A stretch of 64,000 nucleotides of DNA from the NCBI GenBank assembly GCA_951406725.2, contig OX597833.1:71176001-71240000 (forward strand), given 5' to 3'. This DNA comes from Octopus vulgaris (Eukaryota). The position numbers were made by a program, and so were the translations under genes. Positions 1-64,000 of the stretch are shown piece by piece (positions within the stretch are counted from its first letter, which is position 1; each line of letters starts with the position of its first letter). The notes below the pieces were generated by a model. That model saw only the letters and a list, made by a program, of their open reading frames with translations, was not told the origin of the DNA and did not search any database.

Positions 1-266
1 TATCAAACTGCTAAGTGACAGGGACATAAACACACCAGCATCGGTTGTCAAGCAATGCTAGGGGGACAAACACAGACACACAAACATATATATATATATA
101 CATATATACGACGGGCTTCTTTCAGTTTCCGTCTACCAAATCCACTCACGAGGCATTGGTCGGCCCGGGGCTATAGCAGAAGACACTTGCCCAAGGTGCC
201 ATGCAGTGGGACTGAACCCGGAACCATGTGGTTGGTTAGCAAGCTACTTACCACACAGCCACTCCT
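1..266 (-). mobile_element. tRNA-derived CORE-like SINE (family 1), cut by the window edge
   Basis: On -: A box TGGCTGTGTGG, B box GGTTCAGTCCC, then CCTTGGGCAAGTG; near-identical copies across the window. Confidence 0.85.
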
Positions 267-298
267 TTTCTTCTATTTCTTTGTTTGTCTCTTTTCAG

Positions 299-433
299 AA
301 TGTGAACGTGGAACATTTGGTCAGAACTGTTCTCGGCAGTGTAATTGTTTCGACAACACAGAGTGTCACCATATCTCTGGGGTATGTCCAGATGGATGTC
401 CTGATGGCTACAAGTTACCTGATTGTCAGGAGG
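299..433 (+). CDS. Internal exon of an EGF-repeat receptor (laminin/MEGF-type EGF module)
   Basis: ttttcag|AA TGT...GAG G|gtaagg, phase 1-1, 135 nt; ECERGTFGQNCSRQCNCFDNTECHHISGVCPDGCPDGYKLPDCQE has the 8-Cys spacing of MEGF10/11/SCARF repeats. Confidence 0.85.
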
Positions 434-493
434 GTAAGGATTATTGGCCAGAGGCCCACACCTCTTATTGTAGAGTAGACAGTTGTATCATAT

Positions 494-770
494 CTGTGGT
501 TCCCAAACATTTTTTATTTTTTTACCTATGGATCCCTTTGAACCCTATTTCATTTACGTGGACCCTCATAGACATTTGATTAATAGAAAGTCCTATTAAA
601 GTTTTTATAATTAAATATAAGAAATTGCATTAAAATTGTTGAAATATTTTGTGTGTTGTAGAAATGTTATCAAATTATTACAGATAAGTATTAATGACAA
701 AATCTTACATTGACCCCTAAGGGTTATCTGGTTCCCTAAGAGCCATGTGGACCCCAACTGAGAACCACAG
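494..770. mobile_element. hAT-like MITE
   Basis: TIRs CTGTGGTTCCCA / TGAGAACCACAG; a related copy lies at ~55900-56070. Confidence 0.55.
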
Positions 771-1670
771 TATTAGCGTACTGATAGTGGTAATGGATCT
801 ATAAGAGAAACAGTTATTTCGTAAAATAGGAAAATTATTGTGGTTGTAGTTGGTCAGACCCTTAATCAGTTAAACATCGTCCATCTGCCCTTATGTGTGT
901 ATGTATGTGTGTAATGATATATATATATATATCAATAAACACACACACAAGGATTTAAGAATTGCTATTTTAATCTTTTAGGCTTAATTGAAACAGGTGT
1001 AAGAGAATATGTTGGATTTTTGCAGATAATAAATTATATTAAAACTATTTCTAAATTTTCTTTTGAATATATATATACACACACACAAAGAAAGAAGAAC
1101 ATGGAGATACAATTGAGGAATAACAATTGATTTACATTAATTATCATTTATTAATTAATTACAAAAAGACAGAATCTCAACTTACAGCTGTTTCTGTTAG
1201 CGTGATTCTTAGTTTTAGCCACCCCAAATATTGGTAATACACCAATGGATTCATTGGATATAAGTATCCCTTAGACAGTTGTTATAACCCTTCACTTAAC
1301 TCACCTGTTTACATGTGTGTGTGTGTGTGTAATAGACACAATACATGTTTTAAAGTGCTTCTAAGAATAGTTCCTTGTGCTGAGAACATGTCAAATAATG
1401 AATTACAACATGTTTAACATCTCTGCACAGTCGTCAGGCACAAACCACAAAGCAGGACGAACTGAAAGTTGACTGAGAGAAGAAATGAGAAAAGTTGAGA
1501 AAGAAGAAGCATATAGAAAACATGGAAGGTTAAAAAAAAAGTGTATATATATATATATATAGATAGATAAATTTTTATGTATGTGTATGCGTGTGTGTAT
1601 ATATATATTATATATGCTAGCATGCATTGTAAAAACTTTCATTACATTTTTCCACGTGTTTTTCTTCCAG

Positions 1671-1761
1671 AAACTGCTCCGCTAGACATAACTCTCATTG
1701 TTACTCTGGCTGTATTAGGTGTGTTGTTGCTGGTCTGTGTCATCATCATTTGCTGCTGGTG
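1671..1761 (+). CDS. Transmembrane exon of the EGF-repeat receptor
   Basis: tttcttccag|AA ACT...TGG TG|gtaggt, phase 1-2; ETAPLDITLIVTLAVLGVLLLVCVIIICCW is a hydrophobic helix with juxtamembrane Cys. Confidence 0.85.
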
Positions 1762-2584
1762 GTAGGTTCAACCTTTCTATTTTCTCGCATTGAAGCAACT
1801 TCAGAAACAATCTTATTTGGAATGGATACTAATCCAGTTTAATCCTCTTTCATCCTAGTTTTTAATTGTGCATTCATCTTTTAGTTTTTATCTTTTACTT
1901 GTTTGGTCATTAGACTGAAGCCATGCTGGAGCACTGCCTTTTAGGGTTCTAGTTGAATGAAATGATTTCAGTACTTTTTTTTTTAAAGCCTGGTACTTAT
2001 TCTATCAGTTTCATCTGTTGAACTGCTAAGTTACAGGGATGTAAACACACCAACGCTGGTTGTCAAGTGGTGAGGGACAAACACCTACACACGATGGGCT
2101 TCTTTCAGTTTCTGTCGACAAAGTCCATTCACTAAGCTTTGGTTGTCTCAAGGTTATAGTAGAAGACACTCGGCCAATGTGCCATGCAACGGCACTGAAA
2201 CTATACACGTGCTATTTTTACATTTTCTGGGCAGAAAGAGGGCAGCTTTTGCCGTTTTGATCTGATGTTCGCGTGTGGGATTTCAAGAAAGAAGGGACGT
2301 AACTATGTTTGACTCTGATAGACAACGGAATGAAACAAACCCCTTATTTCATATTTAGGGCGCTTCAGCAGGCCCCAAATTTTGATAATCTTCATTCAAC
2401 AACAGCAACTTTGAATAGGCTTTTCATAATGATATTCCCAGCATGGATCTTTCCATGGCGGAGGTCGACTTTGCCTTTCATCCTTTCGGGGTTGATAATT
2501 CAAGTACCAGTTGCGTACTGGGGTTGATCTAATCGAATAACCTCCTCCCCAAAACATTTCAGGCCTTGTGCCTATAGTAGAAAG

Positions 2585-2800
2585 GATCTTTCTGTGGCCT
2601 TTTGCTTCGTAGCCCATCGATGATGTATCCTCTTCGAAGCAGCCCACGTCTCACCTGTATATAACAGCACAGGTAGAACGGTGCTATTGAAGAGTCTGGC
2701 ACATATGGCATCGCCTGGCTTTGCTTTGAGCATACTCTTTATTGCATCAAAGGCCGGCCATCCTCTCCTTATTTTCTTTGTGAGTTCAGCATCCATATCT
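2585..2800 (-). mobile_element. RTE-type LINE reverse transcriptase fragment
   Basis: IRRGWPAF...LFNSTVLPVLLYTGETW resembles the post-RT LxYGxETW motif. Confidence 0.7.
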
Positions 2801-2809
2801 CAGTATATA

Positions 2810-3204
2810 TCTTTATATATAAAAGTGAGGTTGTGTGCTGTCTGTCTCCTATGATTTAGATTCCTAACTACTCCCACATTTTGCAGTGCAGTGTAACCAA
2901 AAGCGGGTATCTTATAGCCGTGATTCATATCGAGCCCTTCTGGGTATTAGTGCGCGTCTACGATGAGTCTACGATTTAAAAAAAAATTTACCATAATTTT
3001 TTCCTATTTTTAATGCATTTTTGGTATATATAAGGGAAGTAACTCTCTAAAAATTTATTAAATCTCAGAACGTAAAAAGCTACAGTAACACCCCACCCCT
3101 TTGTGGTTAGCCATATTGAGATGGCTATTATACTTTACATCTCTAAAAATGCTTATATAGTTATTTCCCTTACAAACCCAAGCAACGCCGGGCGATACTG
3201 CTAG
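2810..3204 (+). mobile_element. Non-autonomous Helitron
   Basis: 5' TC after A; 3' hairpin CCCAAGCAACGCCGGG followed by CTAG before T; no TSD. Confidence 0.75.
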
Positions 3205-3253
3205 TTATATATATATATAAACAAGTGTTTATTGTTTTTTTTTCATTTAACAG

Positions 3254-3324
3254 TTACAAGAGAGGAAAAACACGTGAAGCTAAATCGGAATTGACGACAT
3301 CAAGTTACGTAACGATGAACGAAC
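3254..3324 (+). CDS. Cytoplasmic exon of the EGF-repeat receptor
   Basis: tttaacag|T TAC AAG...GAA C|gtaggt, phase 2-1; YKRGKTREAKSELTTSSYVTMNE (basic stop-transfer plus YxxM). Confidence 0.75.
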
Positions 3325-3407
3325 GTAGGTATCTAGATTCTACGAAAACTCTTGTGGTTACTTGTTTGTTATTAATATATCGCTGTTGTGATGTGTCTAC
3401 AACCATA

Positions 3408-3793
3408 CTCTTTTACTTGTTTCAGTCATTTGACTGTGGCCATGCTGGAGCACCGCCTTTAGTTGAGCAAATCGACCCCGGGACTTATTCTTTGTAAGCC
3501 CAGTACTTATTCTATCGGTCTCTTTTGCCGAACTGCTAAGTGACGGGGACGTAAACACACCAGCATCGGTTGTCAAGCAATGCTAGGGCGACAAACACAA
3601 ACATACACGCACACACATATATACATATATACGACGGGCTTCTTTCAGTTTCCGTCTACCAAATCCACTCACAAGGCTTTGGTCGGCCCGGGGCTATAGC
3701 AGAAGACACTTGCCCAAGGTGCCACGCAGTGGGATTGAACCCGGAACTATGTGGTTGGTTAGCAAGCTACTTACCACACAGCCACTCCTGCGC
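3408..3793 (-). mobile_element. Family 1 SINE, full length
   Basis: Head, internal (AT/AC)n and the AAACAAGTAAAAGAG tail. Confidence 0.9.
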
Positions 3794-4466
3794 ATGTACG
3801 TAGAAAATGTGTTGTGTGTGTTTATGATGCCAACTGCTGCCCATTGTGTGGATGTGTATATATATGCAGCGAATGTCGTGACTGTGCTTCTACTCATACA
3901 TTCGCATGATTCCATTTACAACTTTTCGTGTGACAAATAGCAGAGAATTTTGGTTCGCAATCCGGAGTTCCTGGATTTAATGCTCCTGTACAGCATCTGG
4001 ATCCACCACAGATTCTGTTGAGGCAGGATTAAGTTACGGATACAAATGTCTATGGAACACTCAACCATTGTGGCTATGTGTAATACAAGACGGACTGTGC
4101 CTGGTAATAAAGGGGTCAACCCTTTATTACACCCCTGCCACCCTATCTCCCTCGATACCACAAGTATTCCGCATCACCATGACCACCCCCATCTATTGTC
4201 CAAACTGTTATTTACTTCATTATTCTACATGTCCAAGGCAGAACTGTTAGCACGCTGGACGAAACGCTTTGCAGTATTTCACCCGTCGCTGTGTTCCGGG
4301 TTCAAATTCCACCGAGGTTGATTTTGCCTTTCATCCTTTTGGGGGTCGATAAATAAAGTACCAGTTGAACAACACTGGTGGGGGAGGAGTCGATCTAACC
4401 GACTCATCCCCAGGCTGCCCCTTATGGCAAAAATCTGAAATAATTATTCTGCATGTTTTGTTGAAG

Positions 4467-4543
4467 GTGACCATCAAAAGAACAGCTTTCAGGAGGAGAG
4501 GACAACAACAACAACAACAACAACAGCAAGCGAAACCCAGTGA
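4467..4543 (+). CDS. Candidate terminal exon A of the receptor (RDHQKNSFQEERTTTTTTTTASETQ*)
   Basis: Phase-1-compatible frame after gttttgttgaag|; acceptor is weak. Confidence 0.35.
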
Positions 4544-4727
4544 ATGTAATGAGGAGGTGGAGGATGGGGACACCTTGCTTCCCCATCTGATAAGAAACCT
4601 ATAAAGTTCAGGGTCACCTGTAAGTTTCCCCTCTTTACTTCTCTTTCTCTCCCTTTCAATTTTGCCTCCATTTCTTGTCAAGTGTCTTCTTCTTCTTCTT
4701 CTTCTTCTCCTTCTTATTATTATTAAA

Positions 4728-4950
4728 AGGCGGCGATCTGGCAGAAACGTTAGCGCCACGGGCGAAATGCGTAGCCGTATTTCGTCTGTCGTTACGATCT
4801 GAGTTCAAATTCCGCCGAGGTCCACTTTGCCTTTCATCTTTTTGGGGTCGATAAATTATGTACCAGTTACGCACTGGGGTCGATATAACCGACTTAATCC
4901 CTTTGTCTGTCCCCTCTGTGATTAGCCCCTTGTGGGTAGTAAAGAAATAA
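4728..4950 (+). mobile_element. tRNA-derived Nin/Deu-domain SINE (family 2)
   Basis: GGCGGCGA.CTGGCAGAA head, B box GAGTTCAAATTCC, GCCTTTCATC...GGTCGATAAATTA.GTACCAG central domain. Confidence 0.8.
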
Positions 4951-4980
4951 ATTATTATTATTAAATTTTTTTTATTGCAG

Positions 4981-5043
4981 TTCCAAGACAAATCTTCCTG
5001 AAGATGCATCATTCATTAATGTGTGCAGCAATTAATTAATTAA
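4981..5043 (+). CDS. Candidate terminal exon B of the receptor (LPRQIFLKMHHSLMCAAIN*)
   Basis: Strong acceptor ttttttttattgcag| at 4980; short open frame in phase 1; end coordinate approximate. Confidence 0.35.
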
Positions 5044-5589
5044 TTTGACCTTTCACAACATTCGAGAAAGAACTTTTGCCATTACTTCAACACCATTTCA
5101 ACCAAATATTCACCCCAGTCTGCCAACACGGTGAAACAATGTTATTTAACAGAGGAGAATTCATTAAAAACCCTTGAAATTTTCAGAAATTTATTTTCTA
5201 TATGCGAGAGAGAGCATGAGTTTTTACTGTACTTATATATATTTTTAAATATTTTATAGCCATTAATTGCTTGCATTTTGTTGTGCCACCATATCTACAA
5301 GCGAATATTCACTAATTTTATGTGTTTTGTGAACAAAAGCAACATTGGTCATGGGTTCCCTGTCAACGGTCACTGTATTTACAATGGTGAAAGTGATGGT
5401 CAGCCCATGGTCAATCCTGGTCATGAATATTCCATCCTTTTAGGGGGTTATGTGGGACTACATTATTCAGTGTGTCCCTTCGTTTTTAAGATAGTAGGGC
5501 CTGATTTGACTGCTATTTCTAGCAGATGGTCCCTACACATTAAACCAAATGGTTCAACTTCTGGCGCGAAAATACTATAATGAATACTC

Positions 5590-5945
5590 TATTTTACTTG
5601 TTTCAGTCATTTGACTGCGACCATGCTGGAGCACCGCCTTTAGTCGAGCAAATCGACCCTGGGACTTATTCTTTTGTAAGCCCAGTACTTATTCTATCGG
5701 TCTCTTTTGCCGAACCGCTAAGTAACGGGGTCATAAACACACCAGCATCGGTTGTCAAGCAATGCTAGGGGGACAAACACAGACACATACATATATACGA
5801 TGGGCTTCTTTCAGTTTCCGTCTACCAAATCCACTCACAAGGCATTGGTCGGCCCGGGGCTATAGCAGAAGACACTTGCCCAAGGTGCCGCACAGTGGGA
5901 CTGAACCCGGAACCATGTGGTTGGTAAACAAGCTACTTACCACAC
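5590..5945 (-). mobile_element. Family 1 SINE
   Basis: High identity to the other copies. Confidence 0.88.
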
Positions 5946-7219
5946 TATGTTCTTTTTTTTTGGTTTGGTGGAGAGCAGAGGGTCTCTCAAACCACAATAA
6001 ACTAAAAATAACAACTTACGTCTCTGCAAAATCTGGGGAAAAGCAATTTGGCATTCTGTTTGTTGTCGCTAAGGAAGGGTTTCAATTTTCATATAAGACG
6101 GCCAGTTCTAAATAATGATGTAGGTGTACGTCTAAAACTGTGTCCAGATTCAGTTACTTGTTGGAAGGATCAAGTTTAAGGGGGAAAACAAATAATATTA
6201 AACATATGTATTGTCTGTGCGTCGTGGAGTTTGGTTTTAAAGTGAAATCTCTTAAACCCGGCCAAGACTTATTGAGAAACGATTATCTCCCTTGCAATAA
6301 CCAGTCCACAGGTTTCAAAGCAAGAAATTGAATAAAAATTCTTGGCAATTTTGGAAGTGGGATCGATCAACTATACCGGCAGCTAGTATATGATTGCTTC
6401 TTTATTTTATTGACCTCTGCCGACTTTTCCTTTCGAATCCTTCGAGGGTCAATAAAATAAAGGAAAAGTCGGCAGAGTTGGGATTTGAACCTTTTAAAAG
6501 TATATCAATCCCAAATACGTGTCGGTTGCTGGTTGTTTGATGTTCAACAATTTCACAAGGAGCAGAACGACAATTGCTGGACATGAGAAAGGGATCCACT
6601 GGAACAAAAGAATTGAGAATCTTTGTTCTAGTTTAAGGAAGATTTGGTTGGTATTTCTAGCAGGTTGCGAGACCGTGTCAAAGTTGTTGTTCCCATGGCG
6701 ACGAACAGCTGTGACTTCCGGTTTGTAGAAATTGCCGAGAGGTTACAATTGGATAATTTTAAACGCTTGTAACATTTTTATTATTAAAATCTAGAAAAAA
6801 AAAATGAAGGCAATTTTCGTCCTCAGCAAGCAAAACTACATGAGAATTTCAATCTTTCGAAAATTGAAAGAAATACGAGTTTCATATTAAGTCCTTCATT
6901 TAATCAAAGCTCATCCCAGGATGGAAGACGGAGGTTAAAAGATGATGATTATGTATGTATATATATATCTAGTCTAGCAGTGGTCCATCCATGAGCAGGC
7001 CCTCTCCATGGTGGGAGGTGAACTCAGTACGCAGAGAGTCGGAAGACATACCATAAAGCATCTCTGCCAGGGCACCGGTAATTCAGCTACTCTCCAACCC
7101 GAAGAGCAACGTGAAACGAAGTGCTGCCTGGTCTGACGAAATCCTGAGTACGACACCCAAACCACACATACATACGTGTATTATATTTATATGTGTGTGT
7201 GCGTATAAATTATCACATT

Positions 7220-7397
7220 AGGCACTGGAGTGGCTGTGTGGTAAGTAGCTTGTTTACCAACCACATAGTTCCGGGTTCAGTCCCACTGCGTGGCATCTTG
7301 GGCAAGTGTCTTCTACTATAGCCTCGGGCTGACCAAAGCTTTGTGAGTGGATTTGGTAGATGGAAACTGAAAGAAGCCCGTCGTATATATGTATATG

Positions 7398-7428
<31 letters not shown>

Positions 7429-7613
7429 TTGTTCCCCTAGCATTGCCAACCGATGCTGGTGTGTTTATGTCCCCCGTCACTTAGCGGTTCGGCAAAAAGA
7501 GACAGATAGAATAAGTACTGGGCTTACAAAGAATAAGTCCCGGGGTCGATTTGCTCGACTAAAGGCGGTGCTCCAGCATGGCCGCAGTCAAATGACTGAA
7601 ACAAGTAAAAGAG
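7220..7613 (+). mobile_element. Family 1 SINE, abutting an inverted family 3 element (7614-7785)
   Basis: High identity to the other copies. Confidence 0.88.
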
Positions 7614-8076
7614 TATCATTCAACGTCCGTTTTCCATGCTGGCATGGGTTGGACGGTTCGACTGGGGTCTGGGAAGCCAGGTGGATGCACCAGGCTCCAG
7701 TTTGATCTGGCAGTGTTTCTACAGCTGGATGCCCTTCCTAATGCCAACCACTCCGAGAGTGTAGTGGGTGCTTTTTACATGCCATCACACTGTCCCCAGC
7801 ACTTCCGTCCACCGCCTGACATGTCTCCCCAGTCATCGTGTACCTCGGATTATAAGGGGATTCCTTCCTTATTACACTACAGAGACACATCTCAATCGAT
7901 GAAGATAAATATTCTCTTCTACCCATATCAGTCACTGGGACTTCAGCCCTCGTTCTTATTGGTCCCCTTTTACTGAACTGCTAAGTTATGTGCACATACA
8001 CAAACCAACACCAAGTGTCAAGCAGTGACTGAGCTGGGGGATACACACACGTACAAGTGTATATATATATACACAT

Positions 8077-8427
8077 GGTGATCTCATTCTCGCTCACAAC
8101 ATCATAAGCGGAAAGTGTAACCTCTCGAAAGAGCTGTTCTTCACTCCTGCTCCAGAGCGTCGGCTGCGGGGTCACTCCAAAAAGCTCTATCTGCGACGAT
8201 TTCATCTCAATTGAAGGAGAGGGGTTTTCTCCGTCCGGGTTGTGGATCCGTGGAATAAGCTGCCGGACGAGATAGTGAAGATGCCAACGACCGCTTGGTT
8301 CAAAGTCTCCCTTGACCACAAGTGGCCTGAACTCTTTAAATGAACACCACCCTGTACATAACTCCATGTCTCCCTACATGGCCTTGCTTTTTGCTTTTTG
8401 AGCCAAAAAATTAACTAATTAACTAAC
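8077..8427 (+). mobile_element. CR1-type LINE 3' end
   Basis: GDLILAHNII...LRGHSKKL...FSVRVVDPWNKLPDEIV...FK (one internal stop), then a 3'UTR and (TAAC)n tail. Confidence 0.85.
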
Positions 8428-10145
8428 ATATACATACATACATACACACCAAGACAGATGTCTGGTGCAATCCTCCGGCTTGCTAGCTCCTGTTAAACCA
8501 TCCAAACCATGCATGGAAAATGGAAGTTAAATAATGACACATAGCAGGCAGGCTTCTTTCAGTTTCCACCTTCCAGATTCATTGACAAGACATTGGTAAG
8601 ATTGGAGCTGCAGGAGAAGGCAATTGCGCAAGGCAGAGATGCAGCGACACTGAACTCAAAAGAAGAGAAAGGAAATCATTTCTGGGAATTATCTCCCTTA
8701 TTCTTTGATAGTTTCATACAACAGCCACCAGGGTTTGTTTACTTCCTCCAACAGGAAAAAAAAAAAAAATCTGTATTAAGAATATTTGCAGAGTGGTTGG
8801 TGTAAGGAAGGGCATCCAGCCGTAAAAACCCTGCCAAAACAGGCAAAGTAGCATAGGTAGTGTTTTTTTTTTACCCGGCCAGCTCCTGTGAACCGTCTTA
8901 CCCATGCAAGCATGGAAGACAGACATTGAAAAACGATGATGCCGATGATGATGATGAGTGCCAGCTTCTGTCAAACAGTCCAACCCATGTCAGCACGGAA
9001 ATGGTGGTGGTAGGGGACACTAAACGACGACGATGATGTACATGATTCTTTCCCACACCTTTAAGATATGTGCTAGCACGGTGGTTCCCTGCCTTTTCAG
9101 TACCAAGTTTAAACACTAAAGGGTTAAATGAGTTTTCCCACAGACCCCAGGATATTGAAAGGTCTGTCAGCTCAACATGCTGACGGACCCACCAGCACTT
9201 CCTTTCCAGACCACAAGATTGAGAACCCACTGCTATAGTGTGTGTGTGTCTGAGTATCTACAAACTCACACACACACACACACGCTGAATTGAAGAAAGC
9301 ATCAAAGAATATACCTATGGAAATTCAGAGTCCCATGACAGGTTGGTAAGCGCTGAGAGGTTATCAGATTGCAACAAATTGAAGTGGGGGTTGGGGGTGG
9401 CTTAATGTTTGGGGGCTGCACTCATGATTGTAAGAGTGTTACTAAAAACACACACACACACAATTCCTGTCCATTCAACACAGACAGACACACAACAGTC
9501 TTCGGTGGTGAACATTGCAAAACCAAAGAAATTTTTGTGCATAAACAATAAATGACCATCTTGAATTTTTGGTGCGGGTGGTGGTGGTGGGGTATGAGTC
9601 GGTTATATTGACCCCCAGTGTTCAACTGGTACTTAATTTATCAACCCCAAAAGGATGGAAGGCAAAGTCAACCTTGACAGAATTTGAAATTAGAATGTGA
9701 AGGCAGACAAAATATATACATAAAAAAATAAATATCCCCCCTCCCTCCAACAAGAGCACACAGAGATGATTTTTTTAATTGAGAATATCTGAAATAAACT
9801 CGAATGCTCTCACAAACGAGAATACTAAAAATGAACCTTACTGCCCTCAAAAATTAAGTAAAAAAAACAGGAAAAATAACCCAGAATCCTTTTCCAGTAC
9901 CGGATCGGTCCCAAAATCTAATCAGTTTGTGCCAGTCACGAGGCAAAACATCCCTGAAAGTTTCATCTGAATCCATCCAGCAGTTCTTGAGATATCTTGT
10001 CCATGGAGAAACAAACAAATGTGACTGAAAACAATACCTCTGCCTTCGCTGAGGCAGAGGTAATAATAATGATGATGATGATGATGATGATGATGATAAA
10101 GACCAACAAAAGCAACACTTAAAATTACTCATTATGTTTAATTAT

Positions 10146-10151
10146 TTTATT
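10146..10151 (-). terminator. Candidate TOP1 polyadenylation signal (AATAAA), ~860 nt after the stop
   Basis: tttatt on +; other AATAAA copies could be used instead. Confidence 0.35.
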
Positions 10152-10522
10152 TTTGTTTCTTTTTGTTTCTTACTAAATATACAGTGAAAAGCTCCAAGTC
10201 AGATATGAATTGAATTCTTTACATGTTTGTTTGCATGGACGACTGGCCAAAGCTTCACATACACACCTACATGCACTCGTGCTGCATGTGTGTGCGTGCG
10301 TATACACACGTGTGTGTGTGTATGTAAATATGGTCAGTGGCATCGCGTTGGTCAAGTGCCGGTCAAGAGACATACCATGAGATTTCCTTGGCCGTAGCAT
10401 TTTTCGTGCTACAACGTCACACCCACCCTCTCCTTCCCCCTTGTCTTCTTTCACTGCCTCAGCCTACTTGGAAACAGGAATTTTCTTGGGATATGATTCA
10501 ATAGTAATCATAATAATAAAAT

Positions 10523-10554
<32 letters not shown>

Positions 10555-11005
10555 TATAATAATAATAACAATAGTCGTAATATTAATAATAATATTTATA
10601 ATAGTAATAATAATAATAATAATATTAATGATGATGATGATGAGGATGATGGGAGTTGGGGTAGAAAGAGGATTTGAAAGTGAGCTGCACAAAAATACAC
10701 ATTGAGAAGGGTGACTACAGAGAGAAAACCAGGATGCCAACAATGGGAGAGGAAATGGAAAAATACAATAATTAATTAAATTATAAATAATAATAATAAT
10801 AATAATAATAATTCTGATAATAAATAAAAAATAAAGACTATTGCTTTCCCCATAACACTTGCTATTACAAACTTTTTTTTTCTCTCTTATTCTTCTTCTT
10901 GCCTTTCTTTTAAAAAATAAAAAGTGAAATGATAAAAAAAAAAAAAAAATAACAATCATAATATGTCAAGGTAAAGTAGATTCAGGCCTAGGGTGCCAGT
11001 TGTTA

Positions 11006-62242
<51,237 letters not shown>

Positions 62243-62934
62243 CTGCGAAAGAAAGAAAGAAAGAGAGAAGGCATTGAGATCATAATTCAGAGGGGAAGAA
62301 GAATAGTTTTTTATTATTACGGATAAGGAATGAAAAAATAATAGAGAAAAATAGAGCGAGAAGAATAGAGTGAGTGCTCGACTCGACGTTCATGCTTTTT
62401 TTCCTTGAGGGGCCCTGAACGACGAATTGTGTAATTTATTAAATAAGGAGAAGAGATACGAAGAGGAAAGATAGAGAAAAAAGAGAGAAGAGAGAATAAG
62501 AGAGAGGCTGAGTGTGATGGGAGGGGGGGAGCCAAGTGCGATTTTCTTTTTTTTTTTCAATTGTCTAAAAAAAAAATGTAATTAAGGAGAAAATATCTTC
62601 CACGTAGCTGAGTTAGTGTTGCTGTTGTTGTTGTTCTTGGTGGTGTCTCCTCTCTATTACAATGTGTGTGTGTGGTTGAGTGGTTGACTCTCTCTCTTTC
62701 TGTCTCTGTGTCTCTCTTTTATGTCCCCCCCCCTGTCTGATTCCTTAAGTAGACAGATTTCGTTGTGAACATTATTAATAAGAGAGAGAGAGACATTGAG
62801 ATGATGATGAAGATATATAAACACCGATTACAAGTACGTGTGTATATCAAATCTATATATATACATACATACATACAGATAGATGGATGAAGGTTACAAC
62901 AGTCATGTTGTAGAAAACACCGATTTCACGATTA

Positions 62935-63058
62935 CACACATATAAACATATAACAGAAGTATATATAAATACATATATATACATACATACATACACATAT
63001 ATATATATATATATACATATATATATACATATATATATATACATATATATATATATAC

Positions 63059-63093
<35 letters not shown>

Positions 63094-63268
63094 CATATAT
63101 ATACACATACATATATATATATATACACATACATATATATATATATACATACATACATATACATACATATATATATATACATACATATACATACATATAT
63201 ATATATACATATATATATACATACATATATACACATACATATATATATACATACATATATATATATAT

Positions 63269-63313
<45 letters not shown>

Positions 63314-63342
63314 TATATATACACATACATATATATATATAC

Positions 63343-63377
<35 letters not shown>

Positions 63378-63469
63378 CATACATATATATATATACATAC
63401 ATACATATATATATATATATACATGTGTGTATATACATATATGTGTATATATATATATACATACATATA

Positions 63470-63507
<38 letters not shown>
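62935..63507. repeat. (AT)n/(ACAT)n array
   Basis: Direct inspection. Confidence 0.95.
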
Positions 63508-63510
<3 letters not shown>

Positions 63511-64000
63511 ACGCGCAGACACCAACAGAATCAATTCCAGCTGGAAGTGGAGACAAATCGTCGGGTTTGAAATTAAAAAAAACTATTTAGAGACTACAAT
63601 TTTTTTGCTTTCTCGCAATTTTCTTTCTTTATCCTACATATACAACATATATATATACACCACACACATATTACATACATACATATATGAAGAAGAAGAA
63701 GAAAAAAGGACGATCTAAGCTTTTTCTCTTATTTCTAGAACCAAGAAAGTACAATGGAATCATTTGCGATTCTGCCTTGTTGGTGGTGAGAAAATTAGAG
63801 AGGATTGCATCAAGAGAGACGAAGCCAAGGCCCGTCTCTCTCTTCTCTCTTCTCTGGGACTTAGAAAATTTTTCAGCCATTTTTAACATAGTCAAATTTC
63901 CAGCCTTTGTTTGTCGCTCGCCAACAGGACATAAGAGGCTATTTAACGGGCCCCGATCGGCGATCGGAGCTGGTCTTAGTGATTATTAGAGGGGTTTACT

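Noticed and set aside
5762-6115. Recurrent ORFs such as MLGGQTQTH...RHLPKVP...[11 protein letters not shown] and LQLDALPNANH
   Set aside because: These are translations of SINE families 1 and 3, not a gene family.
63671-63895. ORF with AAAATGGCT (ATG at 63880) as TOP1 exon 1
   Set aside because: No convincing phase-0 donor follows; exon 1 probably lies beyond the window.

Overview
Eukaryotic, AT-rich, repeat-dense genomic DNA, most likely from an octopus (inferred from the SINE families and very long (AT)n arrays). There is no prokaryotic-type system here. (1) About 299-5040 (+): 3' end of a single-pass EGF-repeat receptor (MEGF10/11/SCARF-like EGF exon, TM exon, short YxxM cytoplasmic tail). 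(2) 11006-62242 (-): DNA topoisomerase I (TOP1, type IB). 18 coding exons were reconstructed by hand with GT-AG boundaries and consistent phases (2655 nt, 884 codons plus stop; exon 1 not found in the window). All catalytic residues are intact, and a ~29 kb intron follows a 31-nt exon. The rest is tRNA-derived SINEs (at least 4 families), LINE fragments (CR1, RTE), a Helitron, piggyBac/hAT MITEs and microsatellites. Most notable observations: an exact 27-bp duplication of a TOP1 splice donor that creates a poison isoform; SINE multimers with a fixed junction; an old dispersed element with a GAAA-tetraloop hairpin core that is amplified into a local array; a CpG-depletion boundary inside the long intron; and a concentration of non-B-DNA-prone sequence in the 5' part of TOP1. 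All functional interpretations are hypotheses.
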